The translations under genes were made by a program, and so were the position numbers. DNA of 64,000 nt from Nitrospirales bacterium. Its GTDB lineage: Bacteria > Nitrospirota > Nitrospiria > Nitrospirales > UBA8639. The notes below the pieces were generated by a model. That model was given only the letters and a program-made list of their open reading frames with translations. It searched no databases and was not told the origin of the DNA. Where the stretch lies: the NCBI GenBank assembly GCA_965203295.1, contig CBDBCZ010000015.1, forward strand, positions 800,001 to 864,000, written 5' to 3'. Below, in pieces: positions 12,144 through 24,200 of this stretch (position 1 is its first letter; every line of letters begins with the position of its first letter).

Positions 12144-15100
12144 GATTAAACTAAGTTTGTGTGGTAGGGAGAGTGTGGGGTGAGCAATGTTGAGTCTACA
12201 GTGCATGTTACTGCAATGAGATGGTCATGTGCATGTGCATGTGTTGCATGCAGTTTTCTGCTATCATTTATTGTCAGTTGGTGTGGCATGTAGTGCTACA
12301 ATTTGCTAATAATGGTTCATGGGCTATAGTCGTGTACAGTATCCAGGTAACCAACAGAGGTTGCATAATTATGTAGCTTGCATACTATTTGAAAATCACA
12401 TGTACATGTAGCAGTGAGTGCTAGAATGAGAGGACAGTACATACCAATTCACCTGTACTGGTGTGGATATACTATTCTGCACATTCTCTGCACAGGATAC
12501 TGTATCCCATAGCTGCAAGAACGTTATCATGGAAGCTGACTCTTGGAGTGAAGAAGAAAAAGTTCCTGTATCCCTGGCAGACAGTCTCCCTGGGTGCAGT
12601 GATGGGCCTTCCCCAAAAGCCATGCGTTTAGACAAAAAGCTGTAAGAAGAAATGTCTACTACACTCTATCAAGCTGCAGATTTTCAGACACCTCATAAAG
12701 AGAATGCTAGAAGGAAAAATCTTGGTTTGAGTAAGCAACTGTGTATCTACTATAAAATTCACTGCCTTACACAAAATTGCATTGTCCTCTATACACACGT
12801 GTAGCCTTCCATGAGTATGAACCTCCCCCTCTACCTGTGGACTGGGTGGCAATAAACCACTGCAGTGGAGGAATCGTCTACTTCCACAAACCTACACGTG
12901 TCTGCACATGGTGTAGACCATATCTTGCTAGCAGTTCTGCCACCATCAAGGTACCATAGCCGTTGTACATAGCCTACACACTCAGTTGCAGTGCACACTT
13001 TTGATCCTTCCTTGTGTGAGTTTGAGATTGAAATTCCAGAACTGTTAACAAGTCATGCGATTCTCCCAGTTTGGCCATTGGAGGAGACTACTTTGCAACC
13101 TCACACCGATTTTATTTATGTTTTCCATGTTTTGTTTCTTGGTACACCTCTTCACACACTTTAGTGGAACACTGATGTGGTTGTAAAATTAAGTTGACCC
13201 CTGTATGAGAATACTATTCAGAACATGTAGTTTATTTGTGCAGAGAGCATGTATATAGAAACTACTGGTTAATTCAACTCGAATGTCAGTTATTGTGAAT
13301 GTATTTACCTTTCAGAAACACAGGGTTCCAGTTTAGGCAATTCCATGCCTAGAGAAGTGGTTATTTCAAGAAGAGCGGTGCCACTTGGCTGATCAATGGC
13401 ATCATACAGCAGGAGAAAGAATGGGCTTATTAATCAAACTTGGTATGCTCTGTGAATTCAGGTGTTTTACGTTGTACTGGTTAATAAAAGAGAAATACGT
13501 ACATCCTATATTTCGTATTTCACCCTAGGCTCAGCTCAGCAATGGGCTAATTGAACTGTAATAGGCGGTCTCAGAATGCAGCTCAGTGTAGATGCACAGA
13601 CAGACAAACACAGAAAACATAAAGCAGTCTCAAGACCAGCCATTTATGTGCTTTGTGCATGCCCAGTTTGTAAAAGTACATACAGTGTGGTTTTACCAGC
13701 AAACTTGTTCGGATAGTGTGAGCATATACTGACTCAGAGTGTAAGGAACAACATTAGCAAGCACTTTATTATAGATATATATGTATGTACATGTACTACT
13801 CTATTATACAAGTGCCTGTAATTTACAATGCCATAATGTGTAATCTCTTTTAGAGCCACATAATTTAAGGGAATACTTATCACAAAGATGGGAGATTGAG
13901 GAAGGCGGTGAAGTGTCTGTGCTAGTGGATGAATGGTATGTAGTCGTCATACAGTTGCAGTTACATGTAGTGGAGGAAACATGGGAGCAGTAGTAGTGTC
14001 CCTAGGTAAACTATGCAGTAGACATAATATCCTGGACCTGATCTCTGACTCTTCATACACCTATTTACAGTTTTGTTTTGACCATAATTCCTCACAGAAG
14101 TTTTGGATTGTACTGATAGATTTTATCTCCCTGTATCTCCTGCTTTATGCCTAGCATTGCTTTGTACGTGTACGCCACCTTTTCCAATGCAAACTTCCAC
14201 TTGGCAGTGTATCAAGTGCTCGGTATCGATAAAAAAGCATAAAAGACTAAAGTACTATCCACACTCAAAACTGTGCTGTCCATCTCGTGTGATTGCTTTC
14301 AGCATAGCTACAGGGAGGGTAGTAATCCTATTGTAGCAGAGATTATGAGAGAGTATGTAGGTATGAGCCATAGATCCCTAAGGTACATATAAAAAGCTAT
14401 TGATGCAGCGCAGCATGACCTTAGATAAACCACTTCACATAATTAGGCATTTTGCTCTAAAGGAAGATATACGATGAAGACGTAAAGACCAGCTGGCCTG
14501 CACTTCACATGTACCTTGCTGGGAATTACGTATCACTGTTCTAGAGCATGCAGTTAGTAGTAGTATGTAGCTTATAAATCACACCTATGTATACAGTACA
14601 AGTAGTACTGACTACTCTGTGCACTTAGAATGGTTACTTCCTCACTCTTTTAGGCAAAAGAAAAAAATACCCAAGCCACAACAAAAGAAGGAACAGCATA
14701 AAAGTTTAGTGGTATGTAACAATTTGACTTAACTGGTATCTTTCCAGGTTGCCAATGCCAAATTTCTCTGTTAACTTACAAATATTACTGATCAGTTGTA
14801 CCTCCCTCTATGAGTGTAATCAGGTATTTTCTCTCTTTAGCCTGATGACTTGTCAAAAGTTCTACACATTCCAATCCCCAAAGAGTATCGTCAGCACCAT
14901 GAATCTGAAGCCAAGAAGCCTCCTGCAGGTGTTCCAAGTCTTTTCATGTCATACATGCTTTTGCTTCACATTTACAGTACATGTTCTATGCAGTGTGGAC
15001 AGTGAACATTTCCAAGAAGAGTGCTGTAAGCTTGCTGTTTGAGTTCTGCCAAAACTACCTAAAAACCAGTCCTGAGTTTCTCATTGAGGAAACTAGTGCG

Positions 15101-15358
15101 TTGAAATACGTGCATGTTCTTCTGCTGCGTGTATACTGCTTGCCAGAAGTATCTGGCATATGTAAGCTAATTGCTACACTTACATATGTATAAATTTAAT
15201 GTCAGTCACCTCAAGAGCCTTCTTCTGCTGTTAGTACTAGTACATGCTCAACTGAGGGAAACCACTTTGATCTGTCCTGGTTATCTCGCCATGACAAAGG
15301 TCTATGTTCAATAACATATCTCAGTTGTCACTACGTGTATGTACATACTCCATGTATA

Positions 15359-15509
15359 GGATAGATACCTGGCTAGAGGGCTACTTAAACACCAGTGGGA
15401 ACCGAGGAAGTGTTAATTGGGTCGAGGGCGCTGCCCTAGACACAATTAGCACTTCCAAGGTTCCCAAGGGTGTTTAAGTAGGTTAGAGCACTCAGCCAGG
15501 TGTCTATCC
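15359..15509. repeat. ~150-bp fold-back (palindromic) element in a DGCR8 intron
   Basis: GGATAGATACCTGGCT/AGCCAGGTGTCTATCC, CTACTTAAACACC/GGTGTTTAAGTAG and GGGAACC..GGAAGTG/CACTTCC..GGTTCCC pair symmetrically. Confidence 0.8.
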
Positions 15510-16330
15510 CACTTAGACTATATAAACAATCAGGAAGTGTGAGGCAATTAAAGCTCAGAGGGCTTTAACCTACTTAAACGCCCTGGACTAACCAGCATCC
15601 TTCAAACGTTTTACCTCATTAATTATTCATATATGGTCTAAATAATACTTCATGCAGTACAATGCATTTGCATGTACAGAAAAAGGACTTTAAATTTCTT
15701 CCCTTCTGTGCGTAAAGTGAAGCACATGTAGCTATTGGCACTGCACTAGTTATAGCTACAATACCAAAAATTGGGTCCATACAAATTTTGAGGTTTACAG
15801 CTTACCTATTAATTTAGACAGTTTCTTTTTTACTAGGAGCTTTGTAAAGAAGCCAGCGATAGTTTGTAAAACATGTAAATGCCAATTCGTTACGTCTATT
15901 GTCCTTGCAAGCCTCATATTCAAGCTATAGTCTCTCCCTCCATAATAGTAACTGATATTCAGCTTGTTTCTGTATTGAATTGTCAATGAGTGTAATTGCT
16001 ACCGTTCAGCGTATGAGCTAGCTAGTGATTACTATTATTACAGACAACAGGACAAGTCCATACTTATGTACAATTGCAATTGGAAACATGAAGTATGGCC
16101 ACAAAATGTCTACAACCAAGAAAAAAGCCAAGCAAAGTGCAGGTATGCAGTCATGTATATGAGAAGACAGTACTGTACACTTATTATTATCTCCTTTATA
16201 TCTGCAGCTGAAGAGACACTGGATTTGTTTCTACCAGGAGCGTTTGAAAAAGAGCAGCAATCAACTTTAGAGGAAGAGTTTTAGGCATGTACATGTACTT
16301 TCAGTGTTACAGCACAGACCATAATTTTAA

Positions 16331-16958
16331 CCCTTTATACCCCGTATTGCGCATGCGCATTACGTCAGTCAATTACCACAATAATTTAATTACGGCACGA
16401 GGACGGTAGTATGTTCGGTTTATGGCTTTGTAACGAAAGACGGGGGATGACTTGGACTAAACTCTCTACAGAACTGAAGAGTAGAGCTCCCAAGCTTTCA
16501 TTTGATGTCGGATTCAAGCATGATTGACGGAAGGAAAGTGCCAAGCGGCAGCGGATTTTCGATACCGAACGATAATTAAATATCATCGCCACTTACTTTC
16601 TGGGAATGACGCCCTGAAGGACAAGCGAGACGTCCATAGACTTGCAGCGGTATTGTAGGAGACAGCTAGCCATATTTTCGAACTGCTACTGCCGTACAAT
16701 AGCCTAGAATTCTGCTCTATATTTTATCGGTTCGTGAACATTGCGGATTTTCTCGTGATCTACCTGGGTAAGTCCCTGAAAATAGTGCTAAAATGAAAGA
16801 ATCTGTCCGCTGGAGCGTCACTAACCACAGTGGGGATCTCCCTGGAGCGTCACTTTCCGGTAGAGTCTCGATCATATTCAATGACGCGTACACACGTCGA
16901 CGGTAATGTACGCGTTCAATATTTATGACGTATGTAGACGTCTACGGGGTTTAAAGGG
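16331..16958. mobile_element. piggyBac-like non-autonomous element
   Basis: TTAA then CCCTTTATACCCCGTA; the right end TACGGGGTTTAAAGGG is a 15/16 inverted match; the right TTAA is degraded. Confidence 0.7.
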
Positions 16959-19215
16959 ATATATGTATGCCTCAAAGTTGAAAGATCTTGAAGTTGGTTA
17001 AAGTAAAACCTAACTGCAAAATTAAGTTCTCTTATCACACCATTAAAAAATCCTCACTATGTTACACTAGGTTTTAGGACTTATATCATGTACATATAGA
17101 CAATGGAGTTGTTACAGTAGTGATTTTTTTTGTCTCCAAACATGGTTTCAGTATGCCTGGGTAAAGTGTTTCGCATGTTTTCTTTATATATCTCCATTAG
17201 TATTTGTCATCAGTTGAAATTGATGATCCTCAAGCTGCCCAGTTGCTACAACAAGTAGGCATGCCAAGTCCATGGCGTGTGTTGAAGGAGTGCCATCAGA
17301 GGTACACATACATACATGTACGTTGAAGTGTATTTGAGTATTATTTATGTAGGTACGTACATACATCTACTAACATGGATGTGATTATAGGACAATACTA
17401 TAATGATAGTTAGAAGAAAGACCACTGATAAGCTTTGCAGTAGCTTTTTATTTTCTTACACTCATTCACAGCCCCCCTTTAAAGGGGCCTTGGAAGGACA
17501 CTATCATTTGTTTACCAGTAATGTTGGAACAGGCAAATAATGGCAGGAAATTGACAAGTGTGAATCTCCAATTATAACATTATCATCTAATATTTACCTA
17601 CCTTTGCTATCACTTTAACAGTTACAACATTGTGGTTACCATGTGAATATATACATATGCCTTGGGTAACCATTTAGTCTACATGGCTGTTTCTCTCAGG
17701 TTATGTACAAAGTACTGTGGAGTACGTCCTCTCCCATTTCAAGGATCTATGACATATGCGAGGGGCGGGGTCACTTTTATAGACTCTGTAGTCACAACTG
17801 CTACCGCTGTCAGTCAATGGTCAACAGTCAAAGCTGCTTAAAAGGGTGTTGTCAAAGCATGCTTAGAAATACAGTCAACGATGATAACGGTAGGTCGCAG
17901 TGCAGAATGGATGAAGTCATACACAAGAACCACAATCTACACTTGTCACTCAGAGCCTTTCGGTCGACTCGGATTGAGCAGCAGGCTTTACAGGAAGTCC
18001 CTCGTACAATCGACAGTCAAAATTGTAGAACAGTCAAAGTTCAGCTGCCAAAAGACAGGTGGTCAACGGTCAAACCGCTGAGAAGAGCTCGTCAAAACTT
18101 TAACCCGCAGTCGCAGTTGTCTATGGAAGTGACCCCCTTGATATCTGCATTGTCATGCAATGAAAAGTCTTTAGATACAATTACTAAACTGTTGTATGTA
18201 TGCAGCATTTCAGTGCATCTGTTAGTTCATCATCTATAATGAGCTGTACAAATTATCTGATCAACGTTGCATCAGAAACCACTTACAAACCAACAGCTAT
18301 CTATTATGTATGTACATATATATATATATATATATAGGAATCAGGATGCTCTTGCTTATTCTGGGGAGCTACAGTTCACTCTCAGCCCCAAGGATGGTAA
18401 CTGTGGTGGTAAGTACTCTTTTGAGTACTGTCTGTCACTAGGACGTCACACTGTTAAGGGACTTTGTGTGGGAAAGAAGGATGGGCAGCAAATGGCAGCA
18501 CAAGCCCTGCTTAAGGTATGTTTCTAATTTAGTTTATGGTAGCATGTATACTTTTACCCAGGCTGCCACTTCGCTCAGTAACAATGAACGTACAAAGCTA
18601 ACCTTAAGACGTTTACTCTAGTTGTGCATAACAGTATTGTCCTGTAGAGCTACCGTGCAATATTCTACTGTACTGCACAGTACGTGACGCACGAGTCAGC
18701 TTCTTTTTTAATCTAGTACTGCATGTCATATATCTAAAGTGTGGGCTGTCACAAATTGTGTAGTTGATGTTGAAGTTGTAATTTAAATCTGTTTCCTTAC
18801 AATACGGCATACTACACTCATGCAGGGAGTATTTTCACTCATCCTTTAAACTCATAAAAATATACGCTAGCACTCGTGCAATATTCTTCCATATTGCACA
18901 GAAAAGCATATAATAAGATATATGGATTGATTGTGTAGCACATTAATAACCTGCAAGGTTCTTCTTTTATAGGAACTTCACCCATTTATCTTGAACTGGG
19001 GAGCACTTCTGCGCATTTATGATGACAGGCACTCAGCAAATGTATGAATAAATTATTTGTGTAGCTGCGGTTATGCAATTGCTGTATCATTGATAAGGCT
19101 AAGTTCTAACCTCATCCCAAGCCTCCCACCCACATTTTCAGATCTGTGCATTAAAAATATGGGTAGAATATAAATCTGGTGACAGGCCTATGTGTGAGGT
19201 TAGTACAGTATTAAT

Positions 19216-19620
19216 ACCATATAGCGCCAAATTTCCGAGGCACATAATTTTTGCGGTTTGGTCATACTGAACATTTTGTGGAAATAAATTTTGTGGACTA
19301 AGGATGCTTCTTTGCCCCACCCATTTATTGTTCGCCACACCTCTAGACTGGACTTCGTGTTTAGCACATACCCATCTATGGATAAACGAAGATGCTCTGT
19401 TGCCCGCTTCCCTATCTCCGCTTTCTGTTCCGGAGTGAATTTAGCATATGTACCTCTTGTTGGCGTTTGCTGTAGTTGAAGGATGCACCTCACCTTTCTG
19501 TTGGCAGACATGATTGAGGTCGACGGTACCGCTTTTGTCAGTTTGAAAGCGCTCCCCGAGGAACAGGCAGCTTTAGATCGGTAGTTTTGAAATAGTGGTA
19601 CAGAGCCATCTTGATTTCGC
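19216..19620 (-). mobile_element. pogo-family transposon remnant
   Basis: TA-CC(A/G)TATAGCG end. Peptide RGTYAKFTPEQKAEIGKRATEH resembles a pogo transposase N-terminal DNA-binding domain. A related copy lies at ~26057-26490 ([10 protein letters not shown]). Right boundary approximate. Confidence 0.6.
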
Positions 19621-21146
19621 TCTGAAGAAAGAAGAAGTGTAACGTATACAACGATTAAGAAACATTACACGATTCTCTGTGATACTTTTTTCTGTAGTTT
19701 GAGTCGCAAGATCTGAGAGATAAGTCATCCTGTAGTGGAACAGATGCTGATCACTCTATTCTGAAACAAGGATGAGATGCAGAAGCTAGCCAAGGTTAGT
19801 ACCCTGTATTTGGACAAATGATACTCATTTGCTTCCGTAGTGCCATTGATCACACACCCACAGATGCTTATAAGACCTCTTGTCAGTGGCCATTAGCAGT
19901 GTAATCTTGTACCTTGATCACTTACCTGTATCTACTATTTGTCCTGCAGGACCAGTCACTGTGTGTTGCTGATACCTGTGGACTGTTGCAGATGTGAAAT
20001 TAGCTTTGCCATTGATTACAGTGCTGTGTATATAGTTCTGCAATGTGTTTCTATATCCCATCACTTGTTTAAAAGAGTTTGCCACGTACCATCTTAGGTG
20101 CTCCAAGCTGTCATTTGCACTCATTTAAGTTCGAATTGATGTATCTGAGAAGAATGAGTTCTAGACTGGGTTGTACTTAGAACTTCAAGCAATGTCATCA
20201 TATCTGTTGTCCTATGACCTTTAGGTGTATGTTGATGGGAATGGGAGTTTGCACAATGAGTTACATAGCATCAACATACACCTCCTATTGATGAAAATAA
20301 GAGTTTTCATTACATTACATTGTGCAAACTCTCATTCCCATCCATATACCACCGACGTATTGCTAAAGCTCTGGTGCATTTGATGGTGATGTCATAGGAC
20401 AGGGTGTCCCTCCCTCCCCCCTAAAATTGTTCTCTGAATGTGTGGTGTTAGTGGCATTGTATCCTTTCTCTCAGTCCCTGCTGGCTTCAATTGAGACCTC
20501 CACTCTAAAGTAATAGATACCTAGCTAGTCACCTACATATTGGCAGTAACAATGTTTACGAACTGGATCTAAAATAAGAACTTGATAGTTATTTCTGAGC
20601 TTCTGATTGTTTAATTTCGGGTGTTCTGTAGCCCTGCTGCCACAATATCTGTGCATAATGTTTGATCCACTGATTTTGTTGCTCGGATCCATCCTGATCC
20701 GTTTATCGACTTCTAAAAGACTTTTTTGATGGCTTGATTCCATTTTGATTTCCTTTGCAAACATTTCTACAAGGGACACATAAGCGACTACTCATATTTT
20801 TACATAGTTATTTATGTCTATTGTTGTTTTCATGCCACATATGGGCGCTACTTCACACAGCCAACTACCACATGGCTATTTACATGTACCACAAGGGAAA
20901 TTCAGTCAATCTGCAAAATAAAATGCATGTGCAAATTTGGACAAGAGAGCATTGCATAGCTATCGACCTACTGATTTCCCCCAATGTGTATAGCTACATG
21001 TATATATAGTCCACATAGCAGGATGTACATGTTCATTACAGCTTGCAGTTTTAGTATATTTACACAACTCATGTAGCAGACAACAATGCAGCCCTGTTGG
21101 TATGCAAAAATATATAATATATTATAGTAATGTTCACCATATTTAC

Positions 21147-21152
21147 TTTATT
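21147..21152 (-). promoter_or_regulatory. Putative polyadenylation signal of ABCG2-like copy B
   Basis: AATAAA on the minus strand about 90 nt downstream of the stop codon at 21241-21243. Confidence 0.45.
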
Positions 21153-21240
21153 GTATGCAATACAAATAAGGCAAAATTCACAGGGTATGTCATTACCACC
21201 ACAACTGTTGTTACTAGTGTTCAGGAAACAAAGTTCATTA

Positions 21241-24200
21241 TCATTTTTCCTTCTTGATGGTCCTCAGTAGGATGTATGTCAGTGACAGAAAGAACAATAT
21301 CATTCCAACCAGTGCAACCTGGTCATACCACAGCCATGATAAGCTTGTTTCGTATCCTTTGGTCTCCAGGAAATGGGTACCATTCAAGCAGTTGGAATCA
21401 CCAATGCTATCAAAGTCATAAAGCATACACATAATATGGGGGAGTGGGCCTCAAACAGCTCAGCAGTTACCATTGTATAGCCTCATCTATCTCACATTGA
21501 GTGTAACAAAGTCAGCAGAAAATCTTATAGGTAAATGCCGTTGATACTTTTGCTGCAAGTCACATGATTTGTAACAGTATTCAGTATTGTGTGTCACATG
21601 ATAAAAGCCATTTTAGGACTACAAGTCACGTGGTAAACAGCAGTTTATATATAGCACCACTCGAGAGTAATGTGCAGATAGGCAGACGGCTTGGATTGCT
21701 ATATATAGCTGAGTATGCATAATACTTCAGAATAAAACTATACCACAAACATCACCCTTCGGCATTGTTACTAAGTAAACACTATGCACTTGCAATAAGC
21801 ACTCTGATCTCACCATGCACATGTAACTAAACCTATAATGTATAGGGAAACAGTAAAGCAATATTTTGACAATCAATACTCCAGCTCTTACCCGCAACTT
21901 ATATTGCCAGGCAGACTTCCACACTGGAACCGTGTTGTATTTGAAGTCTTATAGCAGTAGAATTTTGCCATTTCATTGATGGCCAAAGCCTACATTGATA
22001 GAAAGGTATTCCAGTAGTTAGTATTAGTGGGAGCAACAACAGTTGACTGGATAGTGGAATGTTTTGGAGGTACTAACCTCAATGCCATAGTGGAAGAGAC
22101 TAGCATACTTTAACCACCTCAACCACACTGGAAGTGAATCGAGTGCAATCAGGAATCCACCAAATAACTATATACCAAGAAAAAAAGAAGAAATATTGTA
22201 CATTACAAAATACAAGTCACAAGAGATAGTCTTGGGGACATAATACAGTGATAGTTGGGGTGGAGTCAGGGTCTTCCCAAAGGGTAGGTAGATCAATGGT
22301 TCGTGCCTAGATCTAGACTTACAACATTGATGTCTGACAGGATGCAAAGCATGCTGAGCAGAAGTAAATGTATCATTCACCAATCCTGCAGGGATTTTCT
22401 AGAAACTCATATCGCTGCCACTACTAAACTCCACTCCTTCATTTGACATTAGGGCATTCCCAGGAAGATCCTCCTCATAGTTTGTTTACACAAAACTAGC
22501 TAACTAGAGGATACAGGCTAGCTGCAACTCGCCTAGTTGATCACTTTATCATGGAACAACTGTTGCTATGTGCACTGCACATACAGCATGCAATAAGCGA
22601 TTAGTACCGTAACGTGCTTCCATCTACAGTTTTTGTGTTCTGTTTTTCATGGAATAATTAGGAAAGTATTTACAATAACTGCATACATGTATAGAGAAGA
22701 ACGCTTAGTTAGTCAACTAAGGGTTTGATAGCATTGTTGGTTCACTTCTGTTTGATACTGAATCAATATTTGGACTACCCAGCTCCAACCTCAATACTGT
22801 GCAACAGCAAGACACTATTACATGTATACACTGATTAGGTCGTGCTCTCCAGGTTTAACCCCAAGCTGAATGAACACTAACAAATAGGACAAACATTACT
22901 TACCATAGATAAAACAAAGACAAGGGCTATTAGAAGGTTTGCTGCAGCAGTGACCGTCAGTCTAGCACTGATTGAAAATGCAATGGAGGCTGCTGAGATG
23001 GAAGTAAGACCCAGTGACAACATGAAAATGAAGAATTTTGAGACATCCAGTTGGAAACCTGTACAATGGAAATGTAGCACACTCAGTATATACATGATGT
23101 ACATGTACATAATACATCTGTACATGCCTATGCAGAAGCTGCTGAATCAGCAGCTTTACTCTTACTCTTCATGCAAGGTTGAGTACTGTACTTCACTTGC
23201 ACCACCTAACTGATTTTTGGAGTGATTAAATGCCACCGATATTTCAGCATGGCATGTTTTGCACATGACTACTGTTCAAAATGGCAACTATTTTGAGGGC
23301 CGTATTTATTGTTAGAGTACTGGGTAGTTTGCCTGCAATAGAGCTTTCTTGGCAAGCCCCCAGGTTCTGAGTATAATAGCCTTCTACGGAGGGGTGTTCA
23401 GAGATGAGCCCCAAAGTGACCGAGCAATCCTATATAGCTGGAAATTGCACTCTGGTACAGCTTAGGCAGGACTTGATGTTGCCACTGTTCTGCCCTCTAC
23501 TTCCTTCATTAATGTTTGTCCACTTTGTGAGCAAAATGTCTTTCGTTAAAAGTGGTCAATGCCAAAGCATTGAGATTAGTTACCATTGATGACGGTCTTG
23601 GGGTTGATCTCCCTAATCATTACAAGGATTAGCTTACAAGGAGTCTTTACTCTTTCTCTGAGATCAATGCCCTTGGCCAACTGGGATTTTAATACATCTT
23701 TAGGGAGACAGCTGTCAAAGCATTGAGACACAATGACCAACTCCGATGAAACGGTTATTGACCCAGTGCTAGTGGAGTTATGTATGAATTTTTGAAGGCA
23801 TTTGGAATGTATCAGCTACATGTATGTGAGCTACGCGTACTTGCCCCTGTCTCTGTAGCAGGGTATGAATTAATCAAAGGTCTGAACTATCTTTTGCACT
23901 CACCAACCATAAGGTAAACTATCACTGAGAATGCACACAGGGGTATGATTCGCATCGGAATCAAGTCCGAAAAGACTTTGGCCAAAAAGAATGCAGAGAC
24001 CCGGTAGAATCCATTGGCGTTCTCATGCCTATACATATGTATGCATATGAGGAGAATATGCTACGTGTAGGTTAAACCACAGCTCCAAGGGCTGTATATA
24101 TGGGTATTACATGAGTGCAATGATTCAACAAGAGGTCTCTAGCAGAGACATACCCCGCACTCCTGGACCCTGCAGACTGTAACGCCGTATACAAGCTGTA

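Larger units (their letters stand above)
12529..19794 (+). pseudogene. DGCR8: DGCR8/Pasha (Microprocessor subunit), intron-containing, disabled
   Basis: Exons: 12529-12724; 12805-12950 (WW: PLPVDWVAINHCSGGIVYFHKPTRVCTWCRPY); 13316-~13443 (KHRVPV*AIPCL); ~13854-13935 (LREYLSQRWEIE); ~14841-14928; ~14994-15095, ~16043-16142 and 16208-16284 (dsRBD1); 17201-17301 and 18338-18515 (dsRBD2); 18973-19041 (LHPFILNWGALLRIY); 19698-19794. Stops at 12643-45, 13334-36 and 16282-84; frameshift near 19770. Confidence 0.9.

Noticed and set aside
17703..18239. 178-aa ORF with SRIYDICEGRG, superficially like DGCR8 SRVYELTSKAG
   Set aside because: The matching exon is 17201-17301; this ORF lies in an intron within sequence that has TE-like inverted ends.
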